The notes under the pieces are model-generated. The model ran no database searches, was not told where the DNA came from, and saw only the letters and a program-made list of their open reading frames with translations. Below are positions 48,596-58,587 of a stretch of 64,000 nucleotides of DNA, piece after piece. Source of the stretch: an uncultured Gemmatimonadales bacterium (GTDB taxonomy: Bacteria > Gemmatimonadota > Gemmatimonadetes > Gemmatimonadales > Gemmatimonadaceae); contig CAWKMU010000003.1 in the NCBI GenBank assembly GCA_963850905.1, forward strand, positions 800,001-864,000, given 5' to 3'. The first letter of the stretch is position 1, and each line of letters opens with the position of its first letter. The translations under genes and the position numbers were made by a program.

Positions 48596-49862
48596 GGGCG
48601 GCAAAGGTGACGCGACCCGTCGCATCGACATCCCACGCGCGGATGCTGTTGAGATGGTAGTTCGTCCCGGGTCCACGCACGGCTCGCAGCTTGGCGAGGG
48701 TGGGCTGTACGTATCCCGTCTCATCTGTCGCGCGGCTCATGAGGGTCGTGGACTGCCCGCGCCACTCCCACAGGTGCCGGAAGCGCGCATGCGCCAGCGG
48801 AAGCACCGGCCCCTGCAACATTGCCGGCGTCCAGGTCGCGCCGCCGTCCGTGCTCACGTCGACACTGGTGATCCGTCCGCGGCCCGTCCACGCGATACCA
48901 CGGATCTCCCACCAGCCGCGGCCACTCAGCACGGTCGGGTAGGCGGGGAAGGTAATGATGGACTTCGCGTCCATGACGAAGCTGAACTGGCGTGCCTCGT
49001 CGCCGCGCAACGCATCCGTATAGCGGGAGGTTTCCTCGCGTGTCATGAACGGCGCATCGCCGACTTTGATCCGCCGCAACCACTTGATGTTGGTGTTACC
49101 CTCCCAGCCGGGAAGCACGAGGCGCACCGGAAATCCCTGCTCCGGTCGCAGCGGCTCGCCGTTCTGCGCATACGCGACGAGGGCGTCATTGAGAGCTTTC
49201 GACAGGGGGATGCTCCGCGTCATCAGCGCCGCGTCCCCGCCTTCCGCGAGCAGCCACCGGGCACCCGACTGGAGACCCACCTCGCGCAGCAGCGTGGCGA
49301 GTGGCACACCGGTCCATTCGCTCGTACTCGTGAGGCCGTCGATCTGCTGCGGCGTGGTCTGCGGCGACATCGCGCGATAGGCCGCGCGCCCGTTGCCAGA
49401 GCACTCGATGAAATAGATGTGGGACGCGGACGGAAATCGCTGCAGCTCGGCCAGGGTGAAGATGAGCGGACGGTCGACGAGTCCGTGAAGCAAGAGCCGG
49501 TACCGATCCGGATCGATCGCGGGGACGCCGGCATGATGACGCTCATAGTGCAAGTCGGACGGCGTGATGATCCCGTGCAGGTCCTGGAGGGGGGTAAATG
49601 ATTCTCCCGCCACCCTGCCCGCCGGCGCTCGCGCCAGATGGACCGATGGCGCGCGGGTCCCCACGGCACTCGTCCCGGGCCCGGGTGCACGCGTCGCCTC
49701 CGGCAGAGGAGGCGCGGGCGGAGCACCGACCGGCGTCCGCTCACCGAGCTCGGAGAGCACCTCGCCCGGCAACACTCGACTCAACGCCGCCGTCGCGGCG
49801 CCCAAGGCCCCTACGACCAGGGCCCGACGCGAGACCACCGGCTCTTCGTCAGGCTGTGCCAC
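48588..49862 (-). CDS. soxC: Sulfite-oxidase-family molybdoprotein (SoxC-like), Tat-exported
   Basis: SRRALV Tat motif; TPLQDLHGIITP..LHYERHHAG, FIECSGN, QNGEPLRPEQGFP, KWLRR, SRATDETGYVQP. Confidence 0.88.
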   Translation of the reverse strand: MAQPDEEPVVSRRALVVGALGAATAALSRVLPGEVLSELGERTPVGAPPAPPLPEATRAPGPGTSAVGTRAPSVHLARAPAGRVAGESFTPLQDLHGIITPSDLHYERHHAGVPAIDPDRYRLLLHGLVDRPLIFTLAELQRFPSASHIYFIECSGNGRAAYRAMSPQTTPQQIDGLTSTSEWTGVPLATLLREVGLQSGARWLLAEGGDAALMTRSIPLSKALNDALVAYAQNGEPLRPEQGFPVRLVLPGWEGNTNIKWLRRIKVGDAPFMTREETSRYTDALRGDEARQFSFVMDAKSIITFPAYPTVLSGRGWWEIRGIAWTGRGRITSVDVSTDGGATWTPAMLQGPVLPLAHARFRHLWEWRGQSTTLMSRATDETGYVQPTLAKLRAVRGPGTNYHLNSIRAWDVDATGRVTFAARV

Positions 49863-49901
49863 AACTCGAACCTATCATCCGTCCGGTCGCGGGTCGATGT
49901 C

Positions 49902-51107
49902 CTACACCAACACCCACACCGTCCTCGGGGATCTGAATTCGTACCCATACGGTTCACTCGGACGGGCGGGATCACCTCGCAGTTTCGGAAAGCGATCCAG
50001 CAACGTCTCCAACACCACCCGGACCTCCGCCCGCGCGAGTGATGCACCGAGACAGAAATGCTTGCCTGACCCAAACGAGACGTGGTCAGCCGCGTTGGCA
50101 CGGTGGAGGTTGAAGAGGTCGGGTGCCTCGAAGTACTCGGGGTCGCGGTTCGCCGCGCCCAGCATGCACTGGACGATGTCGCCCGCGGCGAGCGTGACAC
50201 CACCCAGCTCGACAGGGCGGGCCACGTGTCGCGTGCAAGACTGCACCGCCGGCTCCCAGCGCAACGCCTCCTCAATGGCGTGCGACAGCAGCGCGCGATC
50301 GGCACGAACGGCCTCGAGCGCATTGGGATGCCGCAGGAGCGACCACACGACATTCAGGATCGTCGACTCCGTCGTCTCAATGCCGCCGAAGAACACGATC
50401 AGCGCGTTCGCGACGATCTCATCATCGGTGAGGCGATCCGCGGTCTCGCGGCTCAACGTCCCGAGCAACGATGGGTCGCTGCCCGTCGCCATTTGGTGCA
50501 CGAGCGGCAAGACCGCGCCGCGAAACTCCTGCACCGCCGCATGGCCTCGTGCGCGGATCGTTGGATCCCAGGAAAAATTGGCGAGCGCCGCCGCGAACGC
50601 GTCGTACCATTCGCGAATCGGCGCATGCAGCTCGCGCGGGACGCCAAGCACGGTCGCGACCAGGTAGACGGCGAGCTCACTCGTGAGGGCCGCGCGCAAC
50701 TCGATCTCACGCCTGCTGGCAACCGCCTCGACGAGCTCGGTCACCTTGGCCTCGGTCAGCGGCACGCCGTGCTCCCTGACTGATCGGGCGTTGAACGGGG
50801 CGTTGCAGTGACTCTTGTATCGGCGATGCCGCTCGCCCTCAGCACTCAACATCTGCTCGCCGAAGGTGTCGCGAATGGTGGAATGCGGCGAGTCGGTGCG
50901 AAACAGGTCGGGCTCGCGAAGCACCTGCACGACATCCGCGCGTCGCGTCACGAACCACATCCGCGCCTCGTCGACCCACGAGACGGGCTCCAGCGCCCGC
51001 AGACGCGCCAGGATCGGGTAGGGATCGACCGCCAGGTCTTGCAGGTGGACGTGCTGGCCGGCCTGCCGACCAGTCCTTTCCGTGGACCCGGTTGCTCGTA
51101 TTTCCAC
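49902..51107 (-). CDS. Cytochrome P450
   Basis: GGIETT (I helix), EEALR (ExxR), ANRDP, FGSGKHFCLG heme-Cys. Confidence 0.95.
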   Translation of the reverse strand: MEIRATGSTERTGRQAGQHVHLQDLAVDPYPILARLRALEPVSWVDEARMWFVTRRADVVQVLREPDLFRTDSPHSTIRDTFGEQMLSAEGERHRRYKSHCNAPFNARSVREHGVPLTEAKVTELVEAVASRREIELRAALTSELAVYLVATVLGVPRELHAPIREWYDAFAAALANFSWDPTIRARGHAAVQEFRGAVLPLVHQMATGSDPSLLGTLSRETADRLTDDEIVANALIVFFGGIETTESTILNVVWSLLRHPNALEAVRADRALLSHAIEEALRWEPAVQSCTRHVARPVELGGVTLAAGDIVQCMLGAANRDPEYFEAPDLFNLHRANAADHVSFGSGKHFCLGASLARAEVRVVLETLLDRFPKLRGDPARPSEPYGYEFRSPRTVWVLV

Positions 51108-51165
51108 GGATGTAGAATCTCCAGAAACCCACGGAGCGCAAGCTGACCATCACACGTTCCTGCAG

Positions 51166-51205
51166 GTCCCCGACCCCTGACCCCTGATCCCTGACCCCCG
51201 TAGTT
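51166..51205 (+). repeat. Isolated right arm of the heptamer element
   Basis: CCCCGACCCCTGACCCCTGATCCCTGACCCCCGTAGTT. Confidence 0.7.
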
Positions 51206-51293
51206 CTTTGGTCGTGTACGAAATCTCGCGCCGGTGGGCGCGCTGGCCTGACTCTTTCAGGTTCACCTCGCCGATTCCATCGGGGCGGCAGCG

Positions 51294-52388
51294 ATGCGGG
51301 TGAAGGAGCCCAACGCGCATGGCCTGACGGCAGCACATGTGACGCCGGCGCAACACTTCGGTGAGGCGTCGACGGCCCCACATGTCGCGGCCTCAGCAAC
51401 CGACCGGCCTTTGTCGCTGCCGGAATTCCCCCAGGCTGTCTATCGAGGTAATGCGAGCTCGGTCGGCGTGGCATTCGGGATGGCAGTGGGGCCCGGCGAA
51501 GGACGCATGGCGCTCGACGCACTGGAAAGCGTCGCGACGTTCTTCCCCGACGCGAGCCGGTGGGTCCTCGACGATTGCACGTTCGATGGCACCTACGATC
51601 TCCTGGCGCGCTGGATCGCGACGAACGGCGGCCATCTGCTCCGCAACGCCATCCCGCACGGCTACCGCGGCATCGCCAGCTCGTTCTACGCGCTGCTCGC
51701 GGCGATCGCGCGCGAAGAGCCGAGCCTCGACATGGCGATCAAGATCGATCCCGACACGTGCCTGCTCGGCGGCGACCTGCTCGAGCGCATCCGCCGGCGA
51801 TTCACGGATCACGGGCCGGGCATCGTCGGCGCCTACCGGGTCGGCGCTGGGGGACGCCCCCGTGTCTTCGGCCACATCAGGCGGAACATGCTCGTCGATC
51901 TCTTGTTGCCGGTCGGGCCCCACAAGACTTGGCGCTCGCTGCGCGTCGGGTTGCCGTACTGGGCGCGCTTCCTGCCGAGCGCGAGACGCAACGGATATGT
52001 CTTCGGTGAGCACGTGCTCGGCGCACTCGCCGCCATCCACGGCGACACACTCCGCGCCCTCGCCAGGTCCGGGTTCCTCGCGGTGCCGCCGCGGTTCCGA
52101 GCGCTCACGGTCCAGATGGACGTGCTCCTCGGCCTCGGCGTGCGGTCGGTCGGGCACAGCCTGATCGATCTCGACAGCGCGCCCCCTGCGCCGGCGACTG
52201 TGTGGCTTCAGTTTCTTCCGCCGGTCCCCGTCAGTGCCGAATCGTTGGTCGAGCGCGGCATCCTCGCGGTGCATCCCGTGAAGGGCACGCCCGATGGCGA
52301 TGCGATGCGCGCCGTTTTCCGCCGCCACCGACACCCACGCCAGGATCGCCTGGCACCCACACCGCCCGCACCGGTCACGCTGACGTAG
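51294..52388 (+). CDS. Putative GT-A fold glycosyltransferase-like protein
   Basis: LESVATFFP, VLDDCTFDGTYD, KIDPD (DxD), AVHPVK; start uncertain; TAG stop lies inside a REP. Confidence 0.55.
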   Translation: MRVKEPNAHGLTAAHVTPAQHFGEASTAPHVAASATDRPLSLPEFPQAVYRGNASSVGVAFGMAVGPGEGRMALDALESVATFFPDASRWVLDDCTFDGTYDLLARWIATNGGHLLRNAIPHGYRGIASSFYALLAAIAREEPSLDMAIKIDPDTCLLGGDLLERIRRRFTDHGPGIVGAYRVGAGGRPRVFGHIRRNMLVDLLLPVGPHKTWRSLRVGLPYWARFLPSARRNGYVFGEHVLGALAAIHGDTLRALARSGFLAVPPRFRALTVQMDVLLGLGVRSVGHSLIDLDSAPPAPATVWLQFLPPVPVSAESLVERGILAVHPVKGTPDGDAMRAVFRRHRHPRQDRLAPTPPAPVTLT

Positions 52389-52474
52389 GGGCGACGCCAT
52401 GCGTCGCCCATGATTACGGCCGTCCGCGCTGTCTGGCCATACGCGGGTAGGGGCGGCGCAATGCGTCGCGGCCC
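52385..52474 (+). repeat. Two same-orientation GTAG-REP cores
   Basis: GTAGGGGCGACGCCATGCGTCGCCC at 52385-52409; degenerate core from 52447. Confidence 0.85.
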
Positions 52475-52650
52475 GCACCACATTCCTCCGCCCGGACAGG
52501 TTGACGCATTTCCGTCGCCCGGTCACCGGCACGTGATTGGCCTCTCGTTGACGCCGAGCGAGCTCAGCGCTAGTAGTTGAGCCCGTACGCGGATGTTTGC
52601 GCAAACGATTGCGAGACCACGATGGGCGGGGTTCGTCGAGAGACGGCACT

Positions 52651-55584
52651 ATGAAGCTGATTCGAATCACCTGTCTGATCGCGCTGACCGGGCGCGTCAC
52701 GGTCGTCCACGCGCAAGGGGCGACGGCGCATGAGCCATCCGCCCTGCGCGTCATGGGGCGAGTGATCGACGCAACAGCCACCGCACCGATCGCCGACGCA
52801 ACGATCAGCGTCAGCGGAACCACGATCGCGGCACACACGAATCGCGACGGTCAATTCGCGATCGCCGTGCCAACGGATGCCACGTCGTTCGTCGTTCGCC
52901 GCTCGGGGTTTCTCACGGCCCAGGTCCCAATCACTACTGGTAAAACCGATTACTCCATCATCCTCACCAAGGACGTCCTGCATTTCCAAACCGACGCGGT
53001 GAGTGGACTCGTGACGACCGTGTCATCCCAGAACGCCGCTGTTGCCATTGGCGGTGTAGTGACGCAGGACACGATACAACCTCCCCCGCCGCGTCTCGAA
53101 ACATTGATCGAAGGTGCGGTCCCGGGCGCGACGATCGAGTCCAGCACGAGCGATGCCCCTGGCGAGGGGATGCAGTTGCAGCTCCGGGGGCCTACGACCG
53201 TCTACGATGCCGCCTCCCCGCTCTACGTGATGGATGGTGTGTTGCTGATCAATCAGCTGGGCGCGAACCCGCTGGCCAACGGCGGCTTCCCAGAGGGCAA
53301 CGGGATCAATCGGATCGCCGACATCGACCCCGGTGACATCGCGCGCATCGAGATACTCAAGGGCGCGGCAGCCACGTCCATCTACGGCTCGAAGGCGGCC
53401 GCCGGCGCCGTGATCATCACGACCAAACGAGGGACGCACAGCGAACCGCACTGGGAGATCGACGGCCAAATTGGCCATTACTCCCTCGCGAATGAGGTTC
53501 CTGTTCGGCAGTTCCCGACGCTCCAGAGCGCGCAGGCGTGGTATCTCGGGGACGTGACACACGACTCGACCGCTCAGGCCACTGCCGCGGATGACGCGCT
53601 CATTCGCGGCATGTATGCCGGTCCGGAGAACTATCAGAGGCAGCTTTTCGGCAACACGCGGATGGCCTATCTGGGGAGCGTGAGTGCCAGCGGGATGCTG
53701 GGCGGCACACAGTACTATGTGTCCGCACTCTCGAAGTACGACAATGGCGTGTTGCTCAACACCGGCGATGACAAGCAGTCGGTGCGGGGCAACATCACGC
53801 AACACATCGGGTCCCGGTTCTTTGCCACGGCGAATCTGAATTACGTGAGCGACGTGACGCGCCAGGGATACGCGGCCGCGAACCCGTACGAGGTGATGAC
53901 GTACACGCCTGGGTTCGTGGCCCTCGACCAGCCGGATCCGAACGGCGCCTGGCCGCACAACCCCTTCGGCCCGTCAAACCCGTTTGCAGACGCGCTCGGG
54001 ATCTCGGCGCCGCTCAACACCAGCCGATTCATCGCTGGGGGTTCCATCGGGCTGACCGTTTGGCGCTCGACACACCAGAGTGTCGAGATCCAGGCCACGG
54101 GCGGCGCCGATCGTGCCGACCTGCACGACCGGCTGTTGGTGCCACCGAATCTAGAGTCGCAAGAGAGTCAAACGCTGCCCGGTCTGTCAGTCACGAACGT
54201 CGGCCGAATCAGCTACTCGAACTACGCTGGGCATCTCACGCATCATTACGCTGGCAACTGGATCGATGCGACCACGACAGTCGGATACGGTACGGACCGT
54301 GAGGCAAACACCAACCCGGTGACGATCGAGCAGAACCTGCTGACCGGGATCAATAGTCCGACGACTGGCACGGTGGAGAGCGAATTCTTCCAGGAGACGC
54401 ACACGCTTCAGCACGCCTACTACGCGCAGGAGCAGCTCATCACCCTCGCGTCGAAGCTCGCGCTCACTGCCGGTGTGACTGCCGAAAATTCGACCTTGAA
54501 CGGCAATACGAAGGAGTTTTACCCGTACCCGCGCTATTCCGCGTCCTACCGCATTCCGCACCCGTTCGCGATTGCGGACGAAGTCAAGTTCCGCGTCGCC
54601 TACGGAACGTCCGGCAACCTGGCACCGTACGGCGCGACGTTCGCGCCATATCAGCCGACGACTATCAGCGGTAGCAATGGCGTCTACCCCGGAGCGAGCG
54701 AGACACCGCAGTTCAAGCCGGAGGTCGAGCGCGAGACGGAGCTCGGTTTCGACATGCCCATGTTCCACGCTCGCGCACAGCTATCCGCCACCGTGTACCA
54801 GAAGCGGATTAGCGATCTCGTAGTCGAGTCGGCCGTCAACCAGCAGTTCGGGCCCGTCTTCTTCAACGGCGGCGCATTCAGCAACTACGGGGCCGAGCTC
54901 GAGGTACAGGCAACGCCGGTCCAGATGGCGAATGGCCTCACGTGGACCTCGACAACCACCTTCTATCGCAACTACAGCGTCGTCGACGCGCTGGCGACCG
55001 GCCAGTTCTTTACGGGACCGAACTATGGCCTGGGCGACAATCTCGTCGTCGTCGGTCGCTCGCTCACGGAGCTGGTCAATCCGAATCGAGCGGCGGCCAA
55101 TGGCTTGCCGCTGCAGGTGGGAGACATCATGCCAAGCTACGAGATGTCTCTTGGCAACGCCGTCAGCTTTCACAATGTCCGCATCTTCGCCCTCGCTGAC
55201 TGGAGCCGCGGCGGGACTGCCACTGACCTACTGGGGTACTATTTCGCTTTCAGCACCCTCACCGCGGACTCGGCGCTGGCGGCTCGACAACAAACGTCGC
55301 TCGAAGCGGGAGGGATGCCATTCACGGAGTCAGCGACATACTTCACCTTACGCCAGGTGGTCCTCACCTACTCGCTGCCGACTCGAGTCGTCGCTCGCGT
55401 GGGGTTCGGCCGGTTGACCAGCGTCCGCCTCAACCTCAGTGCCTACGACCTCTGGTCGACCTTCAGCTACAAGGGTCTGGATCCACAGGCAGGCGAGTTT
55501 GGCAACCTCTCCGCCGTCGGCTTCGAGCCGACACCGTACCCGCCGGCCCGCAGCTACTACCTCGGCGTCGCTGTCGGTATTTAA
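52651..55584 (+). CDS. SusC/RagA-type TonB-dependent outer membrane receptor
   Basis: N-terminal carboxypeptidase-regulatory-like domain; PLYVMDGV; DIARIEILKGAAATSIYGSKAAAGAVIITTKRG plug; YKGLDP and YPPARSY near the C-terminus. Confidence 0.9.
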   Translation: MKLIRITCLIALTGRVTVVHAQGATAHEPSALRVMGRVIDATATAPIADATISVSGTTIAAHTNRDGQFAIAVPTDATSFVVRRSGFLTAQVPITTGKTDYSIILTKDVLHFQTDAVSGLVTTVSSQNAAVAIGGVVTQDTIQPPPPRLETLIEGAVPGATIESSTSDAPGEGMQLQLRGPTTVYDAASPLYVMDGVLLINQLGANPLANGGFPEGNGINRIADIDPGDIARIEILKGAAATSIYGSKAAAGAVIITTKRGTHSEPHWEIDGQIGHYSLANEVPVRQFPTLQSAQAWYLGDVTHDSTAQATAADDALIRGMYAGPENYQRQLFGNTRMAYLGSVSASGMLGGTQYYVSALSKYDNGVLLNTGDDKQSVRGNITQHIGSRFFATANLNYVSDVTRQGYAAANPYEVMTYTPGFVALDQPDPNGAWPHNPFGPSNPFADALGISAPLNTSRFIAGGSIGLTVWRSTHQSVEIQATGGADRADLHDRLLVPPNLESQESQTLPGLSVTNVGRISYSNYAGHLTHHYAGNWIDATTTVGYGTDREANTNPVTIEQNLLTGINSPTTGTVESEFFQETHTLQHAYYAQEQLITLASKLALTAGVTAENSTLNGNTKEFYPYPRYSASYRIPHPFAIADEVKFRVAYGTSGNLAPYGATFAPYQPTTISGSNGVYPGASETPQFKPEVERETELGFDMPMFHARAQLSATVYQKRISDLVVESAVNQQFGPVFFNGGAFSNYGAELEVQATPVQMANGLTWTSTTTFYRNYSVVDALATGQFFTGPNYGLGDNLVVVGRSLTELVNPNRAAANGLPLQVGDIMPSYEMSLGNAVSFHNVRIFALADWSRGGTATDLLGYYFAFSTLTADSALAARQQTSLEAGGMPFTESATYFTLRQVVLTYSLPTRVVARVGFGRLTSVRLNLSAYDLWSTFSYKGLDPQAGEFGNLSAVGFEPTPYPPARSYYLGVAVGI

Positions 55585-55676
55585 GCCCGTCGCCGGTGCA
55601 AACGGACCGCGCGCCGGGGTCGCCGTCCGTGCCAGACGCACCACTTGGGACACCCACATGAACGATGCTCCGGCGG

Positions 55677-55700
55677 GTAGGGGCGACGCATGCGTCGCCC
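55677..55700 (+). repeat. Solitary GTAG-REP core
   Basis: GTAGGGGCGACGCATGCGTCGCCC. Confidence 0.85.
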
Positions 55701-55821
55701 TCCATCGCCGCCCGCACCACGTCCGCGTCGGGGCATCCGCAAGTCTTTGCCAAGTACTGTACGTCGCGGTAGCTTCTCCACTCCGTAGCCCGATTAGTCC
55801 TCCCCTGTAGACAGAAGTTCT

Positions 55822-56517
55822 ATGCAGACCTCTCCGACATCGCGCCACGGCCGTGGCCTCGCGCAGCCGGTGGCGAGGCTGTCCCGCCGATGGCTTCGCT
55901 GGATGGGCTCGATCGCAGGGCTGGCACTCGTGCTCGCGGCGACCCACCAGGCCGCGCGTGCGCAAGCCCCGACGAGCCGATACGACACGGCGGACGTGCA
56001 GTTCATGCAAGGCATGATCGCACACCATGCGCAGGCGCTGGCGATGGTCGCACTGATCCCCACACATACGAGCCGCCCCGAGCTGCAGATGATCGGTGAG
56101 CGCATCAAGATCTCTCAGACGGACGAGATCGCGCTCATGCAGCGCTGGCTGACCGACCATCATGATGTCGTGCCGACAGTGGATGCCGACAACGTCGCAC
56201 ACATGCCCGGAGCCGATATGCCCGGCATGCACATGTCAGGCGGGACGATGATGATGCCGGGCATGTTGACGCCGGAGCAGATGAGGCAGCTCGCCAATGC
56301 CAAGGACACGCAGTTCGACACGCTGTTTCTCGTGGGCATGATCCACCATCACGAAGGCGCGCTCGCGATGGTCAAGTCGCTCCTCGGCACGGCGGGCGCG
56401 GCGCAAGGACCCGACGTCTTCACCTTTGCGGCGGATGCGGACGCCGATCAGCGCGCAGAGATCAAACGCATGCAGGCCGTGCTGGCCACTATCAATACCC
56501 AAGGCCACAAGTCCTGA
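55822..56517 (+). CDS. DUF305 domain secreted protein
   Basis: DVQFMQGMIAHHAQA, MPGMLT, FL.GMIHHHEGA, QRAEIKRM; Met-rich loop. Confidence 0.9.
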   Translation: MQTSPTSRHGRGLAQPVARLSRRWLRWMGSIAGLALVLAATHQAARAQAPTSRYDTADVQFMQGMIAHHAQALAMVALIPTHTSRPELQMIGERIKISQTDEIALMQRWLTDHHDVVPTVDADNVAHMPGADMPGMHMSGGTMMMPGMLTPEQMRQLANAKDTQFDTLFLVGMIHHHEGALAMVKSLLGTAGAAQGPDVFTFAADADADQRAEIKRMQAVLATINTQGHKS

Positions 56518-56612
56518 CCGCTCCCGGTGCGGAGCATGTTGTACCGGTACGTGACAGGTCGAACGACATCACTAGCACTTCCACCACGAGATTCGAGAGG
56601 AGAGGCAGATCA

Positions 56613-58421
56613 ATGACTTGGCGTTCGCGCACACGATCGACGGGAGCGGTGATGCGACCGCTCGGCGTCGCCATTGGCGCGCTCACGTGCGCCGCAGTAG
56701 CCGGCGCGCAAATGGCAAACTCCAGTGACCCGCGGGTCGGCCTTGCGGGTGGCCACTGGATCGAAGCGGGTTCGGCCATCAGCAACCTGGACATGGTTGC
56801 ACACGTCGATCGGCCGACCGGATTCTCGAACCCGAGCAACCTGGGTGACTGGACCGTTATCAACTCCGATCTGGCCTTTAGTGGGAACTACATCTTCCAG
56901 GGCAACTTTCACGGGATTCAGATCTGGGACGTGTCGGATATCGGACATCCCACGCTGAAGACGACGGTCGTCTGCCCGGGCGGCCAGGGTGATCCGTCGA
57001 TCTATGGCAATTTGATGTTCGTGTCCGTCGAAACCGAGGACGGGCGCGTCGACTGCGGGACGCAGGGCGTCAAGGATTCAGTGAGCCCGGACCGATTCCG
57101 CGGTGTTCGGATTTTCGACATCAGCGACATCACGCACCCCAAGCAAATAGCGGCCGTGCAAACCTGTCGGGGCTCGCACACCCACACGCTCCTCCCCGAC
57201 CCGGTCGACAAGAACGTGCTCTACGTGTACGTGCAGGGGACCGCACCGGTCCGGCCGGGCGCCGAGCTCGCCGGATGCTCGGGCGGCACGGCGGAGCAGA
57301 ACCCGAACACGGCGCGATTCCGAATCGAAGTCATCAAGGTGCCCCTGAACGCACCGCAGGACGCCAAGGTCGTGGCCGAGCCACGCATCTTCGCCGATGC
57401 CAAGACCGGTGCGATCAATGGTCTGAACAAGGGGAGCGAGGGCGACTCGCTCAAAGGCGTGCAGGAGCAGGGGCTCACAGACCAGTGCCACGACATCACA
57501 GTGTATCCCGCGACCGGCCTGGCTGCCGGGGCATGCTCGGGCAACGGCATTTTGCTCGACATTCACAATCCTGCGGCGCCGAAGCGCATCGCGGAGGTCA
57601 GCGATCCGAACTTCGCGTACTTCCACTCGGCCACCTTCAGCAACGATGGCAAGGAAGTGATCTTCACGGACGAGTGGGGCGGTGGCGTTGCACCTCGCTG
57701 CCGGGCGAACGACCCGATCAAGTGGGGCGGTGATGCGATCTTCAGCGTGATGCCCGACAGGACGCTGAAGCTCGAAGGGTACTACAAGATGCCCGCGCCG
57801 CAGACCGCGACCGAGAATTGCGTCGCGCACAACGGATCGTTGATCCCGGTCCCGGGCCGCAACATCGCGGTGCAGGCGTGGTATCAGGGCGGGCTCTCCG
57901 TGTTCGACTTCACCGACCCGGCGCACGCGAAGGAGATCGCGTATTTCGACCGCGGCCCACTCGACGTCAACACGCTGTACCTCGCGGGCTACTGGTCGGC
58001 GTACTGGTACAATGGCCACATCTACGGCTCCGAGATCGCGCGTGGTCTCGACATCTTCGCGCTCAAGCCGAGCCAGTTCCTGTCGCAGAATGAGATCGAT
58101 GCGGCTGGGTTGGTGAAGTTCACGACGTCCAATCCGTCTGACCAGCAGAAGCTGATGTGGCCAGCGGCGTTCGTGGTCTCGCGTGCGTACCTGGATCAGC
58201 TCGAGCGCATGCAGGGCCTGTCCGGCGATCGGATCTCGTCGATCCGGGGTGATCTCGACAAAGCCGAGCAGATGCAGGGCGCCCAGCAAAAGAGCGCACT
58301 GGAGAAGCTCGCCAAGCGCGTCGACGGCGACGCGAAGGGCGCGCAGGACGCTGGGCGTGTGCGAGATCTCGCAGCGTCGATCAAGGGCCTGGCTGGCAAG
58401 GGTACCGCAAGCGGTGGATGA
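56613..58421 (+). CDS. LVIVD-repeat secreted beta-propeller protein
   Basis: NSDLAF, CPGGQGD, CRGSHTHT, CHDITV, FTDEWGGG, NCVAHNG, EIAYFDRGP. Confidence 0.85.
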   Translation: MTWRSRTRSTGAVMRPLGVAIGALTCAAVAGAQMANSSDPRVGLAGGHWIEAGSAISNLDMVAHVDRPTGFSNPSNLGDWTVINSDLAFSGNYIFQGNFHGIQIWDVSDIGHPTLKTTVVCPGGQGDPSIYGNLMFVSVETEDGRVDCGTQGVKDSVSPDRFRGVRIFDISDITHPKQIAAVQTCRGSHTHTLLPDPVDKNVLYVYVQGTAPVRPGAELAGCSGGTAEQNPNTARFRIEVIKVPLNAPQDAKVVAEPRIFADAKTGAINGLNKGSEGDSLKGVQEQGLTDQCHDITVYPATGLAAGACSGNGILLDIHNPAAPKRIAEVSDPNFAYFHSATFSNDGKEVIFTDEWGGGVAPRCRANDPIKWGGDAIFSVMPDRTLKLEGYYKMPAPQTATENCVAHNGSLIPVPGRNIAVQAWYQGGLSVFDFTDPAHAKEIAYFDRGPLDVNTLYLAGYWSAYWYNGHIYGSEIARGLDIFALKPSQFLSQNEIDAAGLVKFTTSNPSDQQKLMWPAAFVVSRAYLDQLERMQGLSGDRISSIRGDLDKAEQMQGAQQKSALEKLAKRVDGDAKGAQDAGRVRDLAASIKGLAGKGTASGG

Positions 58422-58431
58422 GTAGGACCTG

Positions 58432-58587
58432 AACGGCGGGATCAGGGGTCAGGAACAAATTCAAAGGCCGGTCACGGTGCACAGTGACCGGCCTTTGGAC
58501 CGGTAGGGGCGACGCATTGCGTCGCCCGTTGTTGTCGTTGCGGTTGTCGTTCGCCGACCCCAAACCCCAAACCCCAGACCCGCAGTT
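58432..58587 (+). repeat. Composite heptamer-arm/GTAG-REP element, full copy overlapping the RCC1-gene stop
   Basis: Perfect inner hairpin AAAGGCCGGTCAC..GTGACCGGCCTTT; core 58503-58527; left arm GGGGTCA type, right arm CCCCAAA/CCCCAGA type. Confidence 0.92.
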
